Part shown: positions 48,159 through 56,314 of the stretch, one piece after another
Position numbering within the stretch: position 1 is the stretch's first letter
Layout of the letters: each line of letters opens with the position of its first letter
NCBI GenBank assembly: GCA_963712745.1
Contig: CAVQJC010000020.1
Span: 192,001-256,000 of the forward strand
Source: an uncultured Chloroflexia bacterium
GTDB lineage: Bacteria; Chloroflexota; Limnocylindria; Limnocylindrales; CSP1-4
DNA: 64,000 bases
Direction of reading: 5' to 3'
Position numbers and translations under genes: made by a program
Notes under the pieces: generated by a model
Told to the model about the DNA's origin: nothing
The model's database searches: none
The model's input: the letters and a program-made list of their open reading frames with translations, nothing else

Positions 48159-48568
48159 CAGTCGTCGTCGCGCTCGCCTTCGTGCTCGCGGCGCTCCTTG
48201 GCGCGCTCGGCCGCCTTCTTGCGCCGCTCGGCTGCCGCTTCGCGTTCGTGCTCGCGGTCCTCGTAACGATCGTCGTCGCTCCGGACCTGCCGGACCTGGA
48301 CGACCTTCTTGCGTGACTTCGCCGGCGCGGACTGCTTGGCCTGGGCCTGCTGCTTGAGGACGACGGTCTTGGGCTTGGGAGCCGGCTTGATGTAGACCAC
48401 CTCGGGCTCGAGGTTGGGCGGGGCTGCTTCCTTGGCCGCGCTCTCGGGGGCCTTGGCAGCCACGTTCGACGGTCGTGGCGACGGCCCGAACCCTGCGGCC
48501 ACCAGGCCGACGGTCAGGACGATGGTGGCGGCCAGGCTGGCCGCGATGATGGCGAGTCGCTGGGGCAT
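48158..48568 (-). CDS. Small exported or membrane-anchored protein with an acidic, His-containing tail
   Basis: N-terminal hydrophobic helix; Pro/Ala/Lys linker; tail DDDRYEDREHERE...HEGERDDD. Confidence 0.7.
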   Translation of the reverse strand: MPQRLAIIAASLAATIVLTVGLVAAGFGPSPRPSNVAAKAPESAAKEAAPPNLEPEVVYIKPAPKPKTVVLKQQAQAKQSAPAKSRKKVVQVRQVRSDDDRYEDREHEREAAAERRKKAAERAKERREHEGERDDD

Positions 48569-48639
48569 CCGGATCTCCACTTGCGATTGCGGATACCGCC
48601 AAGTCTCCCGGTCTGGGGTTGGCAGTCCATGTGCCGCGC

Positions 48640-48667
48640 ATGAGAGTTCTCAAAGAATGCCGAGAAG
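48640..48667. promoter_or_regulatory. Putative response-regulator binding site between the divergent operons
   Basis: AT-rich island with the palindrome TGAGA-GT-TCTCA and imperfect TCT(C/T) repeats on the minus strand. Confidence 0.3.
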
Positions 48668-48699
48668 ACGTTGCGCCCCGTGCCGGCTGCCGCGACCAT

Positions 48700-49386
48700 A
48701 TGGAGGTGCGTGTACTGATCGTCGAAGACGAGGACAAGATCGCGGGGGCCATCGAGCGGGTCCTCACCGCCGAGCGCTACAGCACCGACATCGCGGCCGA
48801 CGGGGTCGCGGCGCTGGCACTGGCCGGTGACCGCGACTACGACGTCATCCTGATGGACCGGATGCTGCCCGATCTCGACGGACTGGAGGTCCTTGACCTG
48901 CTGCGATCTCGGGGCAACACCACGCCCGTGCTGATGCTTACCGCGCTCGGAAGCCTCGACCATCGCGTCGAGGGCCTGGACCACGGGGCCGACGACTACC
49001 TGCCCAAGCCCTTCGCCTTCAACGAGCTCCTGGCCCGCATCCGTGCCCTCGCCCGTCGCGCGCCGGAGAACACCGATGAGACGCTCACGGCCGGGGATCT
49101 GGTGCTCGACCCTTTGCGCATCCGCGTCTCGGTCGGCGAGCAGCACGAAGAGCTGTCGGCGCGGGAATTCGCGCTGCTGGCCTTCCTGGTACGTCACCAC
49201 GGCGAAGTCCTCACCCGCCAGCAGATCCTCGATGCGGTGTGGGGCGCCGAGCCCGATGTCTACAGCAACGTCGTCGACCTGTACGTCCACTATCTCCGTC
49301 GAAAGCTGGAAGCGTTGGGGCGGCGTGACGCACTGCGCACGGTGAGGGGCGTCGGCTACACGTTGCGTGTGGATGCCATCTCATGA
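48700..49386 (+). CDS. OmpR/PhoB family response regulator
   Basis: Motifs VLIVEDE, DRMLP, LMLTA, GADDYLPKPF, LSAREF.LL, NVVD.YV.YLRRKL, TVRGVGY. Confidence 0.95.
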   Translation: MEVRVLIVEDEDKIAGAIERVLTAERYSTDIAADGVAALALAGDRDYDVILMDRMLPDLDGLEVLDLLRSRGNTTPVLMLTALGSLDHRVEGLDHGADDYLPKPFAFNELLARIRALARRAPENTDETLTAGDLVLDPLRIRVSVGEQHEELSAREFALLAFLVRHHGEVLTRQQILDAVWGAEPDVYSNVVDLYVHYLRRKLEALGRRDALRTVRGVGYTLRVDAIS

Positions 49387-50780
49387 GGTGGTTCCGCCCG
49401 CCACGTGATCCATCGGAGGCCCTGCTGTGGCACACACGGGTCCGACTCTCAGCGCTGACGCTGGCGACGGTGGCGACGCTGGTGGTGGTCATCGGTGCCA
49501 CCACGGCCGTGGTGGCGACGGCGCTCATGCGCGAATCCATCGACCGGTCTCTCGACGCCGCCATCACCGACCCGCTGACGCTGCACGAGCTCTTCGAGGA
49601 GGAGGCACGCTGGGAGTACAGCGGACCGCTGGGGGTCGCCGACACGTTCGTGTTGATCGTCGACGACGAAGGCAACGTCTACGGCAGCACCACCGCCGCG
49701 GTGCTGAGCGATCTTCCCGACCTGGACGCGCTGCAGAACGCGTCGGAGGGTGACGACCGCCGGTCGGGTCGATACGGTGGTCGCGAGGTGCGGCTGCTGA
49801 CGACCCACTACGGCGAAGCCCAGATCGAGTTCGAGCGGGAGTACGGGGTGGGCCTGCCCGTCGAGATCGAGCGCGAGGGCAGCGACTCGGAGGAGGGTGA
49901 GCCGACCACGACGCTATATCTGCAGGCGGGTCACGACCTCTCGCTGCAGAAGGAACTGGAGCGCCAGCTCCTCGTCGCGATCGGGCTCATCGCGCTCATC
50001 GGCCTCGGCGGCTCGGTAGCGGTGACGCTCTTCGTGACCAAGCGTGCCCTTGTGCCCATCAGCGAGGCCTTCGCCACCGAGCGCCGTTTCGTGGCCGTGG
50101 CCTCGCACGAGTTGCGCACGCCCGTGTCGATCATCCGCGCCTCGGCGGAGATCCTCGACCGCGAGGGGCTGGTGGCGAAAGCCGGGGAGCCGTTGATCGA
50201 CGACATCGTGGGAGAGACCGACCGGATGGGCCGCCTCGTGGGCGACCTCATGGCGCTGGCGTCGACCGAAGCGGGGGCCATCTCGATGGACAGGCAGCCC
50301 CTGGAGCTGGAACCCTACTTCGAGGACATCCGGCGCCGTTGCGCGTCGATGGCCGAGGCGCGTGGGATCGGGCTCGAGGCCGCCACCAGGGGCCCGCTCG
50401 CGTCCGCCCGCGTAGAGGTCGATCGCGACCGCATCGACCAGCTGCTGCTCATCCTTGTCGACAATGCCATCAGGCACTCGCCGGCCGGCGGCGTCGTCCG
50501 TCTCGGGCTGACCGTCGATACCCCCGGCCGAACCGCGGTCGTCACGGTCTCCGACGACGGACCCGGCATCAGGGACGATGACCTCGAGCGCATCTTCGAG
50601 CCTTTCGAGCGGGCCGGCGGCGCTCGAGCGGACCATGACGGCGCCGGTCTGGGCCTGGCCATCGCCCGACGACTCGCGATCGGTCACGGTGGGGAACTCA
50701 GCGTCAGCAGCCAGCCCGGCCACGGCGCGACTTTCAGGCTACAGCTGCCGCTCATGCGCAACGCCGAGGGGCGGACCTAG
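49383..50780 (+). CDS. Sensor histidine kinase
   Basis: Two TM helices; H-box ASHELRTP, N-box ILVDNA, DDGPG, F.PF, GAGLGL. Confidence 0.95.
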   Translation: MRWFRPPRDPSEALLWHTRVRLSALTLATVATLVVVIGATTAVVATALMRESIDRSLDAAITDPLTLHELFEEEARWEYSGPLGVADTFVLIVDDEGNVYGSTTAAVLSDLPDLDALQNASEGDDRRSGRYGGREVRLLTTHYGEAQIEFEREYGVGLPVEIEREGSDSEEGEPTTTLYLQAGHDLSLQKELERQLLVAIGLIALIGLGGSVAVTLFVTKRALVPISEAFATERRFVAVASHELRTPVSIIRASAEILDREGLVAKAGEPLIDDIVGETDRMGRLVGDLMALASTEAGAISMDRQPLELEPYFEDIRRRCASMAEARGIGLEAATRGPLASARVEVDRDRIDQLLLILVDNAIRHSPAGGVVRLGLTVDTPGRTAVVTVSDDGPGIRDDDLERIFEPFERAGGARADHDGAGLGLAIARRLAIGHGGELSVSSQPGHGATFRLQLPLMRNAEGRT

Positions 50781-51949
50781 CGGAAGATGCGCAGGCGGCC
50801 GTCCTCGGTGCCGGCTGCGAGCACGAGCCGGCCGGCGGCGTCCGCGGTCGCGGCCACGTTGGTGCCGAGCGTTCCCTCGAGCGGCAGCAAGAGCACGGAC
50901 TCGAAACCGTCGGCGCTGCGCGCCAGGGCGGCGATGGTCGACATCTCCTGGCTGGGCACGATGACATCGAGTCGGCCGTCTCCATCGGCATCAGCCAGCA
51001 GCGCCATGTCGAGGTTGGCCGAGCCCAGCTGATGCGAGCTGTAGCCCGGTTCCGCAGCCACCAGCTCCAGGCGCCCGTCGACGAGTCGATATGCCTCCAC
51101 GGTCCCGCCGATGTGCGGTGTGCGCACGGCGATGATCTCGATCTCGCCGCCCGGACCGGTGCCGCCGACCCCCACCTGGTGCAGCCAGCGGTAGCCCTGT
51201 CCGATGGGCTCGGAACGGCCGATGGGTTCGCCGCTGGGGCCGAAGGCGGCGAGGCCGGCGCCGAGCCGAGCAGAGCTGATGGTGACCACGATCTCAGGCT
51301 CGCCGTCGCCATCGAGGTCGGCCGCGATGGGTGTCAGGCCTTCGATGACCTCGTGTTCGGCCATCTCGATGGAGGAGACGCCGCCGGCGGGGTCACGCAG
51401 CGTCACCGCGGTGGCCTCCAGACCGTCGCCCAGGACGCCGTGGTCGTAGCGGTCGGTGGGAGCGGTCAGCGCGACCTGCGTGCCATCGGGCCCCTCCACC
51501 ACGCGCGCCCCCGGGACGGGGTCGGCGAACGAGTCCGCCGCGGTCAGGGCACTGTCCACAAGGAGCCGGCCCTCGCTGGTGATCGACGCAAGCGGGGGGT
51601 CACCCCGACGCAGCGGGGGTGACTCGCTGGGGCGCACCATGGATCGTTCCCCCAGCCGGGCGACGACGTGCTCGATGGAACCGTCGTCAAGCACGACGAG
51701 CCAGGAGTCGCCTCGATCAGCGGGGTCGGGCAGCACCCACCGTGGCCTGCCCCCGAGCTCGACATCGACGACGGACTCGCCGAGTGGCCCACAACCCCCT
51801 GCGACGCGGTTGCCACTGGCACGATGGTCGGTGCGGGCCGGCGCGGCCATCGGATCGTCGGCAGATGGCAGACAGCCGTCCGCCGCTTGCGCGCCCAGCG
51901 GCAGGACCAGCAGGGGCACCGTCAGCGCAACAGCCCATCTCCTGCTCAT
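50777..51949 (-). CDS. Secreted FG-GAP/VCBS-like repeat protein
   Basis: Signal peptide ending AQA; motifs DLDGDGEPEIVV, DADGDGRLDVIV, PTDRYDHGVLGD. ATGA overlap with ybeY. Confidence 0.7.
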   Translation of the reverse strand: MSRRWAVALTVPLLVLPLGAQAADGCLPSADDPMAAPARTDHRASGNRVAGGCGPLGESVVDVELGGRPRWVLPDPADRGDSWLVVLDDGSIEHVVARLGERSMVRPSESPPLRRGDPPLASITSEGRLLVDSALTAADSFADPVPGARVVEGPDGTQVALTAPTDRYDHGVLGDGLEATAVTLRDPAGGVSSIEMAEHEVIEGLTPIAADLDGDGEPEIVVTISSARLGAGLAAFGPSGEPIGRSEPIGQGYRWLHQVGVGGTGPGGEIEIIAVRTPHIGGTVEAYRLVDGRLELVAAEPGYSSHQLGSANLDMALLADADGDGRLDVIVPSQEMSTIAALARSADGFESVLLLPLEGTLGTNVAATADAAGRLVLAAGTEDGRLRIFR

Positions 51950-52491
51950 GCGCGCCCAGCTTCCAGGAGCTGTCGTTCGAGGGCGCGCATCGCGGCCTTC
52001 TCCACGGGTTCGGCGTGGTCCCAGCCGCACAGATGCAGCGCGCCGTGCGTGATGAGCAGCCGCAGCTCGTCGGCCGGCGCCCAGCGCCTGTCGTTGGTCT
52101 GGCCGCCCATGCCGCCCGCGGCCTGCTCCATGGCTCGCTCGACCGAGACGATGACGTCGCCGAGCAGGAGCGCCTCTCCCGGCGGCCGGGGAAAGGCGTC
52201 AGGCGTCTCGCGAAGCGCTGGGTCCTGGCCCGGGTGCGGCGGGAATGCCGAGGGCGGCAGCAACGGGAAGCTGAGCACGTCGGTCGGCCCCTCCTTGCCC
52301 ATGTGCTCGGCATTGAGGGCGGCCAGCTCGGCGTCGTCGCTCAGGGTCAGGGTCACCACCGAACCGGCCGGCGCTCCGGCAGCGGCCACGGCTGCGGCCA
52401 GGACGAGTCTGCACTCCTCGGGCTCGATCAGGCGGGGCACGTCCGGGCGGACGACCACCTCCACGCTCACCGGGTCTGTGCCGGCGCTCAA
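51946..52491 (-). CDS. ybeY: rRNA maturation endoribonuclease YbeY
   Basis: Motifs LN.......PTDVLSFP, LGD..VS, HGALHLCGWDH. Confidence 0.94.
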   Translation of the reverse strand: MSAGTDPVSVEVVVRPDVPRLIEPEECRLVLAAAVAAAGAPAGSVVTLTLSDDAELAALNAEHMGKEGPTDVLSFPLLPPSAFPPHPGQDPALRETPDAFPRPPGEALLLGDVIVSVERAMEQAAGGMGGQTNDRRWAPADELRLLITHGALHLCGWDHAEPVEKAAMRALERQLLEAGRA

Positions 52492-53987
52492 GCCCCCCGC
52501 TGCTCCACGCTCCGCCGGGACTCGAGCTCGACGATCTTGTTGGTGGGATAGGCGATGCGGCGGTGGTACATGGCCAGGAGCTGCTCGATGAACGACTCGC
52601 GGATGCGGTCGAGGTCACGCAGGGTGAGGTCGCATTCGTCGAACTGGCCGTCGATGAGCCGGTCACTGATGATCTGCGAGACCATCGCGCGGATGGCCGG
52701 CTCCTCATGGCTGGCCAGCGAGCGGACCGAGGCCTCCACGCTGTCGGCCAGCATGAGGATGGCTGCCTCACGGGTCTGCGGCTTGGGTCCGGCGTGCCGG
52801 TATCGACGCGCATCGACCTTGTCCCCGGCCGCCTTGCCTGCGGCGGACTTCAGGGGTACACCTTCCTCTTCGGCCGCGATCTGCCGCGCCTTGGCGTAGA
52901 AGTAGCCCATCAGGGCGGTGCCGTGGTGCTGCGGGATGTAGCCGATGAGCACCTTGGGCAGCTTGTATTGGTAGGCGATGTCGATGCCCCGGGCCACGTG
53001 GCCGACGATCAGGGCCGCAGACTCCTCGGGTGGCAGTTGGTCGTGGATGTTCTCGCCACCAGCCTGGTTCTCGATGAAGACCAAGGGGTCGTAGAGCTTG
53101 CCCACGTCGTGATAGAGAGCGGCGACGCGCGTGACCAGCGCGTCGGCGCCGATGGCCTCGGCGGCCTGCTCCGCGAGGTTGCCCACCATCAGCGAGTGGT
53201 GATAGGTGCCGGGCGCCTCCAGCAGCAGACGGCGGAGCAGCGGCTGGGTGGGGTTGGCCAGCTCCAGCAGCTGATACGAGGTCGTGATGCCGAAAAGGCT
53301 CCCGAGCACCGCGAACGTGCCGGCGGCCGCGACGGCGGCCCCGAAGGCCGAGATGGCCGATGCCGCCAGTAGCTGGGCGAAGACCTGCAGGTCCTCGCTG
53401 CGGAAGATGATGGTGAAGGCCACCACCACCGCCACGTTGGCAGCGGTGATGCCGGCGCCTGCCTGCACGAACTGGCTCAATCGTTCGCCGCGGCCGATGA
53501 CGATGGTGCCCACGAGACCACCGAGGAGGGTGTAGGCGGCGAGGTCCATGGACCCGGTGATGACGCCGGCCATGACCGCGACCATGGCCGTGACCACGCT
53601 GGCCACACCCGAATCGAGGAGCACCGATAGCAGCAGGCCCACCGCGAACGTCGGCACCAGGAACGGCGCCACGGCGCTGTCGCCGGTGACCACCAGCAGC
53701 GTCGCCGCCGTCAGCAGGGCCAGGGCGACGAGCAGCATGGCGTTGTTGCGGTGCCACAGCCGTGAGCGGAAGCGCCACATCCAGGCCATGAGCGTGGTGA
53801 CCACTGCGATCGACAGCAGGAGCCAGCCGAAGACCGATACGAAGTCGTCGGGCGCGGCTATCGAGGTCAGGTCATCGAAGGCGAGAACGACGGTGAGTCC
53901 CGCCACGAGCAGGGTCGAGAGAAGCCCTAGGCGGACCGCGTCACGCTTGGTGAACGCGAGGATCTGGCTGCCCCGGCGTGCCAGCAT
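52488..53987 (-). CDS. 7TM-HD family phosphohydrolase (PgpH/YqfF-like cyclic-di-AMP phosphodiesterase)
   Basis: Motifs LLELANP..PLL..L...APGTYHHS, YHDVGK, FIENQ, QHHGT, GPKPQT.EAAILMLADSVEA. Confidence 0.9.
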   Translation of the reverse strand: MLARRGSQILAFTKRDAVRLGLLSTLLVAGLTVVLAFDDLTSIAAPDDFVSVFGWLLLSIAVVTTLMAWMWRFRSRLWHRNNAMLLVALALLTAATLLVVTGDSAVAPFLVPTFAVGLLLSVLLDSGVASVVTAMVAVMAGVITGSMDLAAYTLLGGLVGTIVIGRGERLSQFVQAGAGITAANVAVVVAFTIIFRSEDLQVFAQLLAASAISAFGAAVAAAGTFAVLGSLFGITTSYQLLELANPTQPLLRRLLLEAPGTYHHSLMVGNLAEQAAEAIGADALVTRVAALYHDVGKLYDPLVFIENQAGGENIHDQLPPEESAALIVGHVARGIDIAYQYKLPKVLIGYIPQHHGTALMGYFYAKARQIAAEEEGVPLKSAAGKAAGDKVDARRYRHAGPKPQTREAAILMLADSVEASVRSLASHEEPAIRAMVSQIISDRLIDGQFDECDLTLRDLDRIRESFIEQLLAMYHRRIAYPTNKIVELESRRSVEQRGA

Positions 53988-53996
53988 GTGGGAAGC

Positions 53997-54458
53997 CTAC
54001 GAGGCCGCGGCGGCCTTGGCTAGTTCCTCGTTCACCAGACCGCTGACGATCTTGCCATCGGCACGGCCCTTGACCTTGGGCATGAGCACGCCCATGACCC
54101 GGCCCATGTCGCGGGGCGAGTCGGCACCAGTGGCCGCGACGGCCTCGACCACGAGCGCGCGAAGCTCGTCCTCGCCCATCTGCTCGGGCAGATACGGGGA
54201 GAGGACGTCTATCTCTGCCTGTTCCCTGTCCGCGAGGTCGTCGCGACCGGCGTCGCGGTAGGCCGTGATGGACTCTCGGCGTGTCTTGACCTGCTTGGTC
54301 AGGACTGCCAGCGTCTCCTCGTCAGACAGGTCGTCCTGCTTCTCCTTGGCGGCGTTCTGGACAGCAGCAAGCACCATGCGCAAGGTGTCGCGTCGTTGCG
54401 CGTCACCGTCCCGCATGGCGCTCTTCATGTCAGCCTGGAGCTGTTCGGTAAGGCTCAT
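53997..54458 (-). CDS. yqeY: GatB/YqeY domain protein
   Basis: Motifs MSLTEQLQADMKSAMR, K.RRESI..Y...GR.DLA, YLP.QM, DMGRVMG, G.ADG. GAGGAGG RBS. Confidence 0.93.
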   Translation of the reverse strand: MSLTEQLQADMKSAMRDGDAQRRDTLRMVLAAVQNAAKEKQDDLSDEETLAVLTKQVKTRRESITAYRDAGRDDLADREQAEIDVLSPYLPEQMGEDELRALVVEAVAATGADSPRDMGRVMGVLMPKVKGRADGKIVSGLVNEELAKAAAAS

Positions 54459-54522
54459 GGCGGACCTCCTCTCGTTGGGCAGGTGGAGGGGGCTCGGACC
54501 TTGGGTCTTCTGAGGAGCGCGG

Positions 54523-54702
54523 CTATTCGCCGCGCGCCGCCTTCTTCCGCTTCGCTTCCTTGCGCTTTCGCTTGACGCTGGGCTTCTCGAAATGCTCGCG
54601 TCGCCGTGCTTCGGCCAGGATGCCACTCTGCTGGATCTTCTTGTTGAAGCGACGCAGGGCTGCCTCGAAGGTCTCGTTCTCACCGACTCGGACTTCAGCC
54701 AA
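54523..54702 (-). CDS. rpsU: 30S ribosomal protein S21 (absent from the ORF track)
   Basis: TTG start after GGGAGGTGA; translates to [59 protein letters not shown] (59 aa). Confidence 0.96.
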   Translation of the reverse strand: MAEVRVGENETFEAALRRFNKKIQQSGILAEARRREHFEKPSVKRKRKEAKRKKAARGE

Positions 54703-54811
54703 CTAGGAAATCACCTCCCGCTGGTCGATATCAGGCCGCACTCGACCGCCGGGACCAGGACCGACGGGGGAGCCTCGCGCGAAACGCATCCGCGCAAGCA
54801 GGCCGGCGTGG

Positions 54812-54841
54812 AGTGTACGTGAGGGCATGCAGGCCGGTCAA
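54812..54841 (-). promoter_or_regulatory. Sigma70-type promoter for rpsU-yqeY
   Basis: TTGACC-N18-TACACT on the minus strand, about 110 nt upstream of rpsU. Confidence 0.65.
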
Positions 54842-54874
54842 ACGGCTGTATGGCTCGCGTCGCAGCGTGAGGTG

Positions 54875-54907
54875 GGCCCCCACATGGTCGGGACCGTGTG
54901 GGGGGCC
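54875..54907. repeat. Strong inverted repeat/hairpin
   Basis: GGCCCCCACATGGTC-GG-GACCGTGTGGGGGGCC. Confidence 0.6.
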
Positions 54908-55209
54908 TGCAGGGCCAGCCCCTGGATAAGGCCACAGGGTCTTCGCAGTCATCGAACGATCCGGGGGCCGCACGCCGGCTAGGCGGCGACAGAGCGTAGC
55001 GGTCGATGGGACCAAGCCGGGTCTCACGCTCGCGGGCGCATTTCGGGGGCGACCGGCATGGCTGTGGCTGTCTCGAAAAGGCCCGCCGAGGCTACGCGCC
55101 TGCATTCATCGCGAAGAACCGCCCACCAGGCCAGGTCGAGGCGACAGAGTTCAGGCGAAGGTTGCCCTGTACGCTGGTCGAACACGTCTTGCTGCGTCAC
55201 ACTCGGTCC

Positions 55210-55635
55210 ATGGGCGAGAGGGACGAGACTCGGCTGTGGCACCGCTGGCTGCTGGTCGCCGGCGCCGTCATCGTGGGTGTCGGCGGCGCGCTGGTGGTGC
55301 TGGCACTCGTGGGCGTGCCGGACACGCTGATGGACGTGCTCTACCTGCCGGCTGAACCCGATGTCGCCACCGCCGACACGATCTCGTTCGCCATCGGGGT
55401 TTCCGGCTCGGTGATGGTCGGCTGGGGCGCATCGATGGTCTACGTCTACCTCGACCCGGCCACGGTCGACCGGCCGCGCGTGGCGCGCGCGTTCTTCGTG
55501 GGGGCGGTGGCCTGGTTCCTTCTCGACTCCGCGATGTCCCTCGCCCTGGGCGCGATGATCAACGTGGTGGGCAACGTGCTCTTCCTGGGGATGCTGCTGC
55601 CTCCCCTCGCCGTCCTCTCCAGCCGGAAGGGCTGA
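55210..55635 (+). CDS. Small 4-TM membrane protein
   Basis: Hydrophobic helices; GSVMVGWG, WFLLDS..S...GA..NVVGN. CACACT -10 lies 6 nt before the ATG. Confidence 0.75.
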   Translation: MGERDETRLWHRWLLVAGAVIVGVGGALVVLALVGVPDTLMDVLYLPAEPDVATADTISFAIGVSGSVMVGWGASMVYVYLDPATVDRPRVARAFFVGAVAWFLLDSAMSLALGAMINVVGNVLFLGMLLPPLAVLSSRKG

Positions 55636-56314
55636 GCAGGCCCAGCGGCGGGGGCCCCGCCAAGCGAGGGATGGCCTCGAGCGCAGCTGTCGCCCGGCCG
55701 AGGCGTCCTCCACCCTTGGCTCGGTCTTCAGCGCGATCGGCAGGCCGAGGACACTGGCGCCGACTCGAGCGAGCCTTCCTCGAGCCATCACGGCGCCAGC
55801 GTCTCGGTTCGGATGAGATCGTCGGGCAGGTCGAAGGGCGAAAGGCCGCCGAGCGACTCGGTAGCCGCTCGTGCGGATCGCTGGTCGACGTGTTCATCAT
55901 GTTCGTTCGAGGCCGCGATGGCGTCGAGACCAGGCGCGGTCACCTTCGACCACGGTCTGCCCGGCCAGCTCCCACAGCTTCTCCGTAGGCGAAGGGAACG
56001 GGTAGGGCCGGAGATCGATGCGCTCGCTGAGCCCGTCCGGGTTCCGGATGGCCCGCTGGCAGTCTACTCATCGCGGTCATCGTGGGTCAACGCCCGGTCG
56101 ATGGCGGTGATGGGCTGGGCAGGTAGTCGTCACCGTCCATCCGGCAGCCGCCGCCGTCCATCGAGAGGCGCGGGCCGCTTCTGCGCGCTCGCTGCGGGCG
56201 ACCGGCTGAGCGCGGGATCCTCCAGCGGGCCGATGGCCGGACGTGGGAGGACGACGTTTCGGGGGCCATCGGTCAGTTCCCATGAGACCTGGACGCCCAC
56301 TAGACTGCGCAGCC

